Shown: piece by piece, positions 28,196 through 40,110 of the stretch
Layout: each line of letters starts with the position of its first letter
Numbering within the stretch: position 1 is the stretch's first letter
From: an uncultured Candidatus Saccharibacteria bacterium
GTDB lineage: Bacteria > Patescibacteriota > Minisyncoccia > Phycocordibacterales > UBA9973
Assembly: GCA_964606285.1 (NCBI GenBank)
Contig: CAZSFP010000002.1
Location: forward strand, 43,890 to 107,889
Direction of reading: 5' to 3'
DNA: 64,000 nucleotides
The notes under the pieces: model-generated
Told to the model about the DNA's origin: nothing
The model's database searches: none
What the model saw: the letters and a program-made list of their open reading frames with translations, nothing else
Position numbers and translations under genes: made by a program

Positions 28196-28993
28196 ATGAC
28201 ATCACTTATTTTGATCCTCTCGTTTGTATTTGGGGCGATTATCGGCAGTTTTCTCAATGTCGTGATCTATCGCATGAACACAGGTCGTTCCTGGGGTGGC
28301 CGATCGCACTGCATGCGCTGTAACAAGCAGCTCGCATGGTATGAATTGATTCCGATTGTCTCATGGCTCGCGCTCCGTGGTCGTTGTCGGTCATGTACGG
28401 CATCTATATCTCCGCAATATATTATCGTTGAGACTATTATGGGTGTTGTGACACTTCTTACTGTGTTAACATTTTTGCCATTGGCAACTATGTCTATAGG
28501 ATCATTCCTCTCACTCTCGCTAATCTACCTTCTCTTTTTCTCAGTACTTGCTGTCATTGCGTTTTATGATATTCGACACAAGGTCATTCCGCATGTACCA
28601 CTCATCCTTCTCGTTGTTGTTGCTGTCTGGATCAAATGTCTCGGTCCAAGTATTTTTCCACTCCAATTACCAGCGTTTGCAAGTTTTGTTCCGATACTGT
28701 TTGCGGTGCCGTTCTGGTTGTTGTCACGATTTTCTCGAGAGACACTCTTTGGTATGGGGGATGTAAAACTGATTGCAATACTCGCTTTTTTCCTCGGGTT
28801 ATGGAACGGATTCCTCATGATCGTTCTCGCATTTGTCATCGGTGCGGTCTACGGCATCGGTCTTGTTCTTTTGAAGAAAGCAGATAAAAAGACACAAGTT
28901 CCTTTCGCCCCATTCCTTATCCTCTCTACTATACTCATCTTCTTTGGGTTCATATCTTTCCCTATGATCTTTTCTCTGTTTTCGGTATACTAG
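28196..28993 (+). CDS. pilD: Prepilin peptidase
   Basis: GSFLNVVIYR, RSHC..C...W.L.G.CR.C, YD, GMGDVKL, PFAPFL. Confidence 0.93.
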   Translation: MTSLILILSFVFGAIIGSFLNVVIYRMNTGRSWGGRSHCMRCNKQLAWYELIPIVSWLALRGRCRSCTASISPQYIIVETIMGVVTLLTVLTFLPLATMSIGSFLSLSLIYLLFFSVLAVIAFYDIRHKVIPHVPLILLVVVAVWIKCLGPSIFPLQLPAFASFVPILFAVPFWLLSRFSRETLFGMGDVKLIAILAFFLGLWNGFLMIVLAFVIGAVYGIGLVLLKKADKKTQVPFAPFLILSTILIFFGFISFPMIFSLFSVY

Positions 28994-29003
28994 ATATATG
29001 AAT

Positions 29004-29117
29004 CCCGTTAGAAGTCACGATCACAATGGGACAATAATCATATGAAAATAAAAAATATTATCAATTTTAATCAAAAAGGAGATGCACGAACAATGATCGT
29101 GATCTACTTCTAACGGG
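29004..29117. mobile_element. MITE-like inverted-repeat element (CCCGTTAGA family) at pilin start codon
   Basis: 12-bp TIR CCCGTTAGAAGT/ACTTCTAACGGG, inner CACGATCA/TGATCGTG; flanks ATGAAT/ATGAGG. Confidence 0.7.
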
Positions 29118-29723
29118 ATGAGGAAATCTTTTGATCGCGGTGTTACATTTATCGAACTGATCGTTGTCATCGCGATTTTTGGTATCATCGCTGGCATCAT
29201 TCTTTTCAATTACAGTGGATTTGATAGTAATATCAAATTGCAAAATACTATGAATGATATTGCGACAACTGTAAAATCAGCGCAGATTTCCGGCAGTTCT
29301 GGAAAATTTGATACACGGATGGCAGGGGCAATGGCTGCATATCGTCCAACATACGGTATTTATTTCAAGAATGATGCATTGGGAGGGTCTTTTACTTATT
29401 TTGTTGATACACCAAACAATGGCATCATCAACAACAATGCGTTTGATGCAACATTCAACGAAGATATAAAAATCATTGCGTTTCAAAACGGATTTAAAAT
29501 TAACAAGATTTGTTACGATCAAAAAACATTGTCAGTAAATACTAGTTGCGATACTTCCACGACAGCCGAAGCAACCGCTACTTTTACTCGTCCTGATTTG
29601 TTCGCGTATTTGCCGGACGGTATTGGTGGAAAGTATAATGATGTCAATATTACAGTCGAAGCACCGAACGGTATGATGAAGACATTGGTTATCTATGCGT
29701 CTGGTGCGATGTCTATCGAATAA
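29118..29723 (+). CDS. Type IV pilin-like protein
   Basis: Class III signal RG|VTFIELIVVIAIFGII. Confidence 0.88.
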   Translation: MRKSFDRGVTFIELIVVIAIFGIIAGIILFNYSGFDSNIKLQNTMNDIATTVKSAQISGSSGKFDTRMAGAMAAYRPTYGIYFKNDALGGSFTYFVDTPNNGIINNNAFDATFNEDIKIIAFQNGFKINKICYDQKTLSVNTSCDTSTTAEATATFTRPDLFAYLPDGIGGKYNDVNITVEAPNGMMKTLVIYASGAMSIE

Positions 29724-29724
29724 T

Positions 29725-30339
29725 ATGAAAAAAACTATTTCACACAATAAAGGGTTCACACTTGTTGAGATAATGATCGCAACTGGACTGTTTGTTGTTG
29801 TTGTCACAATCGGTATCACAGCAGTGCTCAATATTAATCGTGGTCACAAAAAGACACAAGCATTTCGAACGGCATTTGATAATCTGTCGTTTATCATGGA
29901 AGACATATCTCGCAATGTACGCCTGGGATCAAATATTCATTGTACAGATTTCAATACTGCGTATACACAAATAATTTTATCCATTCCGGCACCGACATCA
30001 TGCGCGGGTGGCAATAGTGCCATCATTTTTACACCACCCAAAAAAGATCCGGCTGCGATCGGAGATTTGTCTGTGTATGCAATCGATACAAATACCGTTG
30101 CTGATTCTGCGGTTCGACTCTATCATTCAATAGATGGCGGTGCGACGTTTAGTGCAGTAACACCAGGCGATATCACCATAGATCCTGCAAAATCCGGTTT
30201 CATGGTTCTCAATGTAGGACAGGGCGAAGCCGGTCAAGCTCGTGTGACGATTCGCTTGGCAGGCATTGTCACATATCGCGATATTACGACACCGTTTGAT
30301 TTGCAGACAACAGTGTCAGCGAGATTGCTCGATCAATAA
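29725..30339 (+). CDS. Type IV pilin-like protein (PilW-like)
   Basis: KG|FTLVEIMIA class III signal. Confidence 0.88.
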   Translation: MKKTISHNKGFTLVEIMIATGLFVVVVTIGITAVLNINRGHKKTQAFRTAFDNLSFIMEDISRNVRLGSNIHCTDFNTAYTQIILSIPAPTSCAGGNSAIIFTPPKKDPAAIGDLSVYAIDTNTVADSAVRLYHSIDGGATFSAVTPGDITIDPAKSGFMVLNVGQGEAGQARVTIRLAGIVTYRDITTPFDLQTTVSARLLDQ

Positions 30340-30340
30340 T

Positions 30341-31081
30341 ATGAAAAAAACTATTTTACATAACAAAGGATTCACGCTTATCGAGACACTCGTCGCATTG
30401 TCTATTTTTTCATTGTCCATTGTCGCTCTCATTGTCGCGGCAGGGCAGGGAGTATCGAATTTTCAGACGATCAAGGCACGATTGACTGCGTCCTATCTCG
30501 CCCAAGAAGGTGTTGAACTTGTCCACAATATCCGTGATACAGAAATGGAAACCGGGTCATGGGCTTCATTTATAGGCACATCATCTCCTGTTGCTAATTG
30601 TTTTTTAAATCAAAATCCGAATGGCTGTACTATCGATGCTGTATATGCACCACAAAACATAGACGTACAAGCTTGCACGTCTTCTGTATGTCCGTTTATG
30701 AAATATGACCAGTTTGTCGGCTACAATCATTCACCAACATATCCAACAAATACTGTTTTTAGACGAACTATAGCATTGACTCTTCTTCCATTGAACAATG
30801 AAGTCGAAGTGAAAAGTACGGTGAGTTATACTATAGGCGGCACGACATCACAGATAGTGATGAGTGAAATTCTTACGAATTGGATAGGAAATATTTCTTC
30901 ATCTCCATCGAGTAATCCATCGCCGCAAACAACCGGTTCACAATCTCCTTCAAATACATCACCAAGTAGTTCATCTCCATCTCAACAAACAACAGGGTCG
31001 CAAAATATGTCACAATCACCACAACAGCAAGTACAACAGGGTCAACCACCGTCATCCAATATGATCTCAACAACACCATAA
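30341..31081 (+). CDS. Type IV pilin-like protein (PilV-like) with S/P/Q-rich tail
   Basis: KG|FTLIETLVAL; A.YLAQEGVE.V.N.RD. Confidence 0.88.
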   Translation: MKKTILHNKGFTLIETLVALSIFSLSIVALIVAAGQGVSNFQTIKARLTASYLAQEGVELVHNIRDTEMETGSWASFIGTSSPVANCFLNQNPNGCTIDAVYAPQNIDVQACTSSVCPFMKYDQFVGYNHSPTYPTNTVFRRTIALTLLPLNNEVEVKSTVSYTIGGTTSQIVMSEILTNWIGNISSSPSSNPSPQTTGSQSPSNTSPSSSSPSQQTTGSQNMSQSPQQQVQQGQPPSSNMISTTP

Positions 31082-31082
31082 T

Positions 31083-33625
<2,543 letters not shown>

Positions 33626-33669
33626 TACAAAATCCCCTCACATGAGGGGATTTTGTATGTTAGATTCGA

Positions 33670-35886
33670 TTACGCTTTTGTAAAGTATTTTCGAGTAACG
33701 AGAACGAGGATTGCGATCACGAGTCCGAGAAGGAGCCATCCGAGGAGTGTTCCTGGAAGGAATCCACCAGAACCGAAGAGGGCGAGGCCGGCAAGATTTG
33801 AATTTGATGAACCATTGTTCGACATGTTTTGTGTCGCGTACGCGGTGACATCATGATTCGTATTTGCTGTTCCTGTCGCGAAACTCATTTTTGCAGTTGT
33901 AACGAGAAGATCTCGATTTGTTGCATTCTTGAGGATAGTTCCAGTCACTGTGAATGATCCACTTTGGTGTGCGCCGATAGTACCGAGTGATACGATGAGT
34001 GCGCCATCAGATGCGATTGATCCTGCTGTTGAACGAGTGAGTGCAATTTCTTGTGGTGGGAGAACACGAACGATAGTTTGTTTGAGGTTCGTACCAGTCA
34101 AGTTCTTGTACTTCACGGTAAATGTTGTTTGATCGCCGACATAGACGTTTTCATAGTCAGGCGTGATAGAGAATGAAACGTATTGTGTGCCATTTCCTGA
34201 TGTCACATATACTGTTGTATTTGTGACAGTTGGAGTTGTTGGTTGAACGATTGGGAACACACATGATCCGTTGTTTACTGTCGCTTGTGGGTTATAGTTT
34301 GTCGCTGATGCTACTGTACAACCATAGATTGCTTGTGGTGGCTGAACAGGGAATATACATGAACCGTTGTTGATAGTTGCCTGTGGATTGTAGTTGAGTG
34401 CACCTGAAATAGTACAACCATATATTTGTGTTTGTGGGAACACACATGATCCGTTGTTTACTGTCGCTTGTGGGTTGTAATTCGTTGCTGATACAATTGT
34501 ACATCCATAAACCTGTGGTGGATTTTGTACATAGGTACATGTTCCATTACCAATTGTCGCTTGTGGATTGTAGTTTGTCGCTGATGGGTCAGTACATCCA
34601 TAGACTTGAGTTTGTGTAAAAGTACATGAACCGTTATCGACAGTCGCGTTCGGATTGTAATTGTTTGCAGTTGGATTTGTACAGCCAGAAATTGGTGTAA
34701 CAATGTTTTGACCGACTTGGAATTTAAGGACGATAGATCCTTGTGTGCTCCATCCTTGAGCGATTGTACCGATGTCGATACCGCCTGCAAAGATTGCAGA
34801 CTCACTTTGTCCGTTTGGAAGTGGTTGTGCTGTCTGAGATTGGTTTGGATACCATTTTACAGATCCAGGAATAAAAGTAAGTGTTTGTGATGATGTGATC
34901 GAAACATTGGCACTACCAGAAACTGCTGGTGCGTTGTCTGCAGAGACAGAACCAGAGAGATTGTGCATTGTTGATGCGCCGAGTGACTGTGCTGAAGTAA
35001 CGCGGAGTTTTGTATGGGTCGCAGCAGCAATACCATTGTTATGATAGTAGATTGTCATCGAAACGACATTTCCTGCTTGGAGAATAGCGTTTGAACATGT
35101 GTTATTTGATCCAGGAATAGATGTTGTCCAACATGTTGTTGTGATGCCGTGTTGTGTAAAGTTCATGGCACGAACTGTTGGTCGATCTGAAACGTTGTTA
35201 TTGAAAACTGTTTGTGCTGATGTTTGTACTTCTGGAATGACAAATGTCATTGAACCAGTTGCGTACATCGGAAGGCCTCCGTAGACAGCATATGCTTTTA
35301 CATAGTATGTACCTGGTGTGAGGTTTGAAACAGTAGATTGAAAACTTGGTGTTCCGTTTTGGAATGTTCCGTTTGTCGAAAGTGTCATCGCTGTTGTTGG
35401 TCCGTATTTGAAAAACGTTTGAACTCCTGTTGTGCCGATGTTTGAAAATCCACGAAGTGTAACATCATTGCCGTTAACAATAGGTGCGATATTTTGAACA
35501 GCCGCTTGTGTCACAGTAAATGACACGGCAGTTCCATAGAGTGGGGTGCCGCCTGAAACAGGGAAGCCAACCGCACGGAAATAATATGTTCCCGGGGTTG
35601 AGATCACAACTGGACTTGAAGAGAAAGAAGATGAGCCAGTTGTATTCGAAAGGGCTGTTGTATTCGAAAGGGAATTCGTGTTTGGTCCCCATTGGAATCC
35701 CTTTTGATATGTCTGACCTTGCGTGTTGATAAAGCCGTTAAAAGTAACGGTTGCACCACTGACCATTGCGGGAATTGTGGAGATAGATGGATTTGCTGCC
35801 TTGACGACAGACGGAGCAACGAGTCCTCCGACGAGGGCGATTGCAACGAGAAATCCTTTGATTGTAAGCATATTTTTGATATTCAT
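33670..35886 (-). CDS. Large cell-surface protein with 5 Cys repeats and C-terminal TM anchor
   Basis: Signal peptide; Ig/FN3-like segments; 5x GCTxxxAxNYNPxATxxNGxC; DUF11-like domain; TM plus basic tail. Confidence 0.85.
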   Translation of the reverse strand: MNIKNMLTIKGFLVAIALVGGLVAPSVVKAANPSISTIPAMVSGATVTFNGFINTQGQTYQKGFQWGPNTNSLSNTTALSNTTGSSSFSSSPVVISTPGTYYFRAVGFPVSGGTPLYGTAVSFTVTQAAVQNIAPIVNGNDVTLRGFSNIGTTGVQTFFKYGPTTAMTLSTNGTFQNGTPSFQSTVSNLTPGTYYVKAYAVYGGLPMYATGSMTFVIPEVQTSAQTVFNNNVSDRPTVRAMNFTQHGITTTCWTTSIPGSNNTCSNAILQAGNVVSMTIYYHNNGIAAATHTKLRVTSAQSLGASTMHNLSGSVSADNAPAVSGSANVSITSSQTLTFIPGSVKWYPNQSQTAQPLPNGQSESAIFAGGIDIGTIAQGWSTQGSIVLKFQVGQNIVTPISGCTNPTANNYNPNATVDNGSCTFTQTQVYGCTDPSATNYNPQATIGNGTCTYVQNPPQVYGCTIVSATNYNPQATVNNGSCVFPQTQIYGCTISGALNYNPQATINNGSCIFPVQPPQAIYGCTVASATNYNPQATVNNGSCVFPIVQPTTPTVTNTTVYVTSGNGTQYVSFSITPDYENVYVGDQTTFTVKYKNLTGTNLKQTIVRVLPPQEIALTRSTAGSIASDGALIVSLGTIGAHQSGSFTVTGTILKNATNRDLLVTTAKMSFATGTANTNHDVTAYATQNMSNNGSSNSNLAGLALFGSGGFLPGTLLGWLLLGLVIAILVLVTRKYFTKA

Positions 35887-36014
35887 ACCTATATTATAGC
35901 AAATTATACGTATTTGTCAAGGTATATATTGACGTTATTTTATAAGTATTGTGACGCATATATCGGTCGAATATTTCAAAAAAGTTGCCAAAACAGGCTC
36001 ATTTGATAGAGTAG

Positions 36015-36464
36015 GACTGTTGTATTGGATGATTGCGCCGCGTCTGACGTGGTGAGGAAAGTCCGAACACAGCCTTGCCAGAAGAATGATGCGCATTTTG
36101 TTTTGTTTGTATGCTGCCATAGTATATACGCAAGAAATTATTTCTTTACAGGAATAGAGTGCGCATCATTCTTCTGGTACGGAGCATGTAGTGGGTAATA
36201 CCCATCCGGCGCAAGCCGCGAGGTGCGAGCAGTGACGCTCGAGACGAAAGTCGGAGGCCCCGTTAGGGTGAATCTTGTAGAAATACAAGGGTGAAACGGC
36301 TAAATCCTTACATCTGTGCAAGATCGTATTCTTTCATTTTTTTAATGAAAGTTTGAATCGCTTGAGGATTCTGGTAACAGAATTCCCAGATAAATGATCA
36401 TCTGATTTGCCATTGCGAAAGTAATGGCAAATCATACAGAATTCGGCTTATAGATACAACAATT
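36015..36464 (+). ncRNA. rnpB: RNase P RNA with long hairpin insertion
   Basis: GAGGAAAGTCCG (5' P4) and ACAGAATTCGGCTTAT (3' P4); GGGTGAAACGG; P1 tgttgtat/atacaaca; terminator 36468-36497. Confidence 0.95.
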
Positions 36465-36620
36465 ATCAAAACCCCGGCTCCGAAGGCTGGGGTTTTGTCA
36501 TGTCTGTTCGCTTGATTCGTCATATATGGTGAGGGCACAGATACTTGACTTTATAGGTATTTCGTGCTATTTTTCACATGAGTTCTCTAACAATTTCACA
36601 AACAAAAAAAACGAAAGTAC

Positions 36621-39005
36621 ATGAAAAAAATGATTCGATTGGGCATGCTTATGGTATGCCTGGTGTTAGCCTTCACAGCAACAAAAGCGCAAGAACAAGG
36701 TTTCTACATAGTAGAAACCAATATTCCAACAAATGTTACATCAACCGGAGGAAATCTACGTGGTGAATTTACAGCCAGTAGTGCAGTGAATGTAGGGTTT
36801 CAAATGAGACCCTTGGATTCACTGTTTACCCCAACTGATTATTTTTTCGGAATGACCAGTAGTAATCCTGTTTTCTCGGATTCAATTAATTATGTTGCAA
36901 GTTCATTGTTTACAGGTGTGCCGTATTATTACCGTTTGGTAATGGTGCGTCCTTTGTATAACGATACTATTTACGGACAAGCAATTGCATTTACACCAAC
37001 GGCACAAGTTGTGGTGGCACCGGTAGTTACCAATGTTCAGCTTAGTTCAGTTACATACAGTTCGATGAATGTATCTTCGTATATAAATACGCAAGGTGCA
37101 AATACGAATTGGCGAGTTAAAATGGGAACAACATTTCCATTGCCGGTCGTTACTGGCTGGATGAACATGGGAACAGTATCAGCAACAGTTTCAACAATCA
37201 TCGCGGTTCCATCAGGAGAACTGGTGCACGTTGAGATCGAAGCAAACAATGGACAAACTGCAACATCGTCACCGGTGTCACAGCAAATCCCGAATGCACC
37301 GATTGCTGATGCGACATGTGCATTGCCGGTAGTAAGTGGTACCACTTGGAATTCAATCAGCTTGCAATCACAAGTTACAACCAACAACAGTCAAACTGAC
37401 ATGAACTGGGAATGGGGAACACAAATTCCTTCGAACAGTTCAACAGGATGGTTGGTGTTCGGTTCGATCAGTGGTAATGCAAATGTAACGATCCCAAATC
37501 TGATAGAAAATACACAGTACATTATTCGTGCTACGTGCAGAAACCAGACAGGGAATGTTCACGTTACAGACTACATTACTGCAACGACAAACAGTCAGCC
37601 ACAAAATTTACCACCAGCAATTGCAACAGCACTGAGTGCGAATACAAGCAGTGTTACAGTAAACGGAACGTGGTCTGCTTCGGGAGTATTTCCGAGTACT
37701 ATCAGAACGGAATATGCACTTAATGCAAATTTCTCTTTTCCGGTAAGTATTGTTTCTCAAAATAATTACAATACACTACAAGGAAATGAGGTGGTAACAA
37801 TCAGTCCATTGAATTCAAATCAACAAGTTTGGGTTCGTCAGATTATTACGAACAGTTCTGGAAGTGATACATCTATTGCGACAATTACCACAGCAGAAAA
37901 TATCGTTCAGGTAACGGTAGGTAATGCAGTGGTTGTGTCTCAATCTGTTGGACAAACAACAATCAGTTTTGTTGTTTCGATGGGGAGTGATTCTCCGGCT
38001 CTTATGGAGCTCGAGGGGTCACTTGATCCACAATTCGGAACAATTACTGAATTTGCATCTGCAAATGTGACTGCAAGCGGAACACAATCATTGAACGCAT
38101 CTTCTGTGCTCTTGTCTGCCGGTTCAACATGGTACATGCGTGTTCGTGCAAGTGATTCGAATAGCAACACTGTTTCAAATACAGTTGTTGTCACAATCCC
38201 TCCGGATCTTGCAGTGCCGACAATCATTGCTGCAACGGTAACTGATACCACCAACGATGGTGGAACAGTTGTCGTAAATTACAACGGTAATGGTAATGCA
38301 ACACAGCTTACACTGTATTCAGGGTTATCAGGTACCACACTCAATGATTCAGTATCACAATTTGGATCATCCGGTTCTGGATCAGCTTCATTTACATTGA
38401 CTGGTTATCTTGAAAATACACAAGTATTTTATCAAGTGAAAGCGACCAGTATTGCTGGATCAGTATGGAGTAATGTTCAATCGTTTGTAACAACGCAAGA
38501 CATCTTGCTTGTGCCTCCAACGGTAGCAACGATCAGTGCCTGGGGAAATTCCTCAGGTGGAAAAATCAAATATAGCTATGCAGCTGTAAATGATTTTCAA
38601 GCATGGGGTGAAGTAACTCAAAACAATTGGAGTACAATCACTCCGACTGCAGTAGAAATAAAATCTGCAGGTGCAGGTATTGATACACTCACGATTGATG
38701 GACCACTTGCCAACGGCACGTATGCTGTTCAGGTGGTGGGTTATGTTATCAATCACGCTCCAGTAAATGGGGGAGTTGCCACGTTTACAGTTGGTTCTGT
38801 CGGTATACCCGAACTGATGAAAAGGATAAAGTTCGAAGGAGTTTTATTTTTGAATTCAGTTGAAGGAAAACTGATGGGAATGCATACTGTAAAGCAATTT
38901 ACTGACATTAGTTTCTTGTACACGGAGACACCAACAGGAGTGTATAATTACACTCTCATAGAGGACAATAAAGTCCTTGGTAGCGGTAAGTTGTTTGTGA
39001 GATAG
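36621..39005 (+). CDS. Secreted FN3/Ig-repeat protein with T9SS-like C-terminal domain
   Basis: Signal peptide ending AQ; S/T/V/N-rich beta repeats; C-term SVGIPEL...EGKLM...DISFL...TGVYNYTL...GKLFVR; own promoter 36545-36573 and terminator. Confidence 0.8.
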   Translation: MKKMIRLGMLMVCLVLAFTATKAQEQGFYIVETNIPTNVTSTGGNLRGEFTASSAVNVGFQMRPLDSLFTPTDYFFGMTSSNPVFSDSINYVASSLFTGVPYYYRLVMVRPLYNDTIYGQAIAFTPTAQVVVAPVVTNVQLSSVTYSSMNVSSYINTQGANTNWRVKMGTTFPLPVVTGWMNMGTVSATVSTIIAVPSGELVHVEIEANNGQTATSSPVSQQIPNAPIADATCALPVVSGTTWNSISLQSQVTTNNSQTDMNWEWGTQIPSNSSTGWLVFGSISGNANVTIPNLIENTQYIIRATCRNQTGNVHVTDYITATTNSQPQNLPPAIATALSANTSSVTVNGTWSASGVFPSTIRTEYALNANFSFPVSIVSQNNYNTLQGNEVVTISPLNSNQQVWVRQIITNSSGSDTSIATITTAENIVQVTVGNAVVVSQSVGQTTISFVVSMGSDSPALMELEGSLDPQFGTITEFASANVTASGTQSLNASSVLLSAGSTWYMRVRASDSNSNTVSNTVVVTIPPDLAVPTIIAATVTDTTNDGGTVVVNYNGNGNATQLTLYSGLSGTTLNDSVSQFGSSGSGSASFTLTGYLENTQVFYQVKATSIAGSVWSNVQSFVTTQDILLVPPTVATISAWGNSSGGKIKYSYAAVNDFQAWGEVTQNNWSTITPTAVEIKSAGAGIDTLTIDGPLANGTYAVQVVGYVINHAPVNGGVATFTVGSVGIPELMKRIKFEGVLFLNSVEGKLMGMHTVKQFTDISFLYTETPTGVYNYTLIEDNKVLGSGKLFVR

Positions 39006-39109
39006 CGATGAAATAGCTGCTCTTTTTAATAAAAATCCCCTCACTATTTAGGAGGGGATTTTTTTTGTGCCAAATACTTGACTTTTGTTCTCTGATCTGC
39101 TATACTCTT

Positions 39110-39195
39110 TTTGTGAGTGTTTGGGCGATCTCGATTTTTTATCAAACAACACAAATGCTGCACAGACCCGCTTCGGCGGGTTTTGTGTTTTTTGG
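39110..39195 (+). ncRNA. Candidate small RNA
   Basis: Promoter TTGACT-17-TATACT (39078-39106), hairpin, then terminator cacagacccgc-ttcg-gcgggttttgtg; no ORF. Confidence 0.45.
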
Positions 39196-39240
39196 GGAAT
39201 AGAAAACAAAAAAAGCCCTTTTTAAAGGGCTTTTTATCAT

Positions 39241-39660
39241 TCAACTGTCTCTTTTAAATACTATCCGTTCGATATTTCCGGTGCTTATCATATACATGTA
39301 AAATTCCTGATCATGTTCGTTTGTGTAACGGATTGTTCCATATGAAATAGATTCACCTAAAAATATATGGTGATCTGTGGCAGAAATTCCTATATGTGTT
39401 GTGCCACCGTTGATAGTTGTTTTATTTTTTGAAATGTTTGAAACAATTTTTGTTTGTTCGTTGTCAGTATGTTTTTCTAGTGTAAAAAAAAGTTTCAACA
39501 TTGATAAAAGAAAATATTTTTCTTTTACTAGATAGTGAAATTCTATTTCGATAGGGTACATGCCGCAATCTTTCATTTTTTGAAATTTTTTATTCCAAAA
39601 TGTCACAGGATCATCTTTTGTGATTTTTTCTTGTATGGATATTTCAATATAATCAGGCAT
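39241..39660 (-). CDS. Hypothetical protein
   Basis: 139-aa AT-rich ORF with terminator at ~39208-39235. Confidence 0.6.
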   Translation of the reverse strand: MPDYIEISIQEKITKDDPVTFWNKKFQKMKDCGMYPIEIEFHYLVKEKYFLLSMLKLFFTLEKHTDNEQTKIVSNISKNKTTINGGTTHIGISATDHHIFLGESISYGTIRYTNEHDQEFYMYMISTGNIERIVFKRDS

Positions 39661-39758
39661 AATAATTCAAGTATAAAGTTCATTTTCTCCTATACTACTC
39701 TTTTTTCTTCATTCGGCAATATCTCCCTTTTTTCTGGCACATATGCTATACTCGGGGC

Positions 39759-39885
39759 AGTGCAGTCTCTCTCTTCATGACCAGCGACTGCACTCACATA
39801 AAGCATTTGTGTTGGAGCTCGCACTCGCTGGTCTTGAAGAGAGAGAAATAAAAATAACCACATATGATGTGGTTATTTTTATTTT
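39759..39885 (+). ncRNA. Candidate structured RNA with alternative pairings
   Basis: TGCTATACT 39744-39752; two overlapping long stems; terminator aaaaataaccaca-tatga-tgtggttattttt. Confidence 0.55.
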
Positions 39886-39954
39886 TATTGAAAATATATT
39901 TTTTAATTATTTTTTATTTTCTGTTTGTAAAAAAATAAAAAATAATTTTTTGAG

Positions 39955-39963
39955 TTATCCACA
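39955..39963 (+). promoter_or_regulatory. Single consensus DnaA box
   Basis: TTATCCACA next to an AT-rich tract. Confidence 0.4.
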
Positions 39964-40110
39964 CATGTGATGAAAAAAATATTGCATAATATTTGTTTCT
40001 CTATGATAATAGATATAGAAGGTTGTATCGAAAATTTACAAAAGTTTATTTATTAAATTTTTTGTTGGTCGCTCGATGCACATCTTTTAGAAATAATTTT
40101 CGTATATATT

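Noticed and set aside
34250-34690. CRISPR array or DGR template/variable repeats
   Set aside because: Repeats are in-frame protein repeats with degenerate codons; no cas genes or reverse transcriptase in the window.
39880-39965. Replication origin
   Set aside because: Only one DnaA box and no dnaA/dnaN nearby; insufficient evidence.
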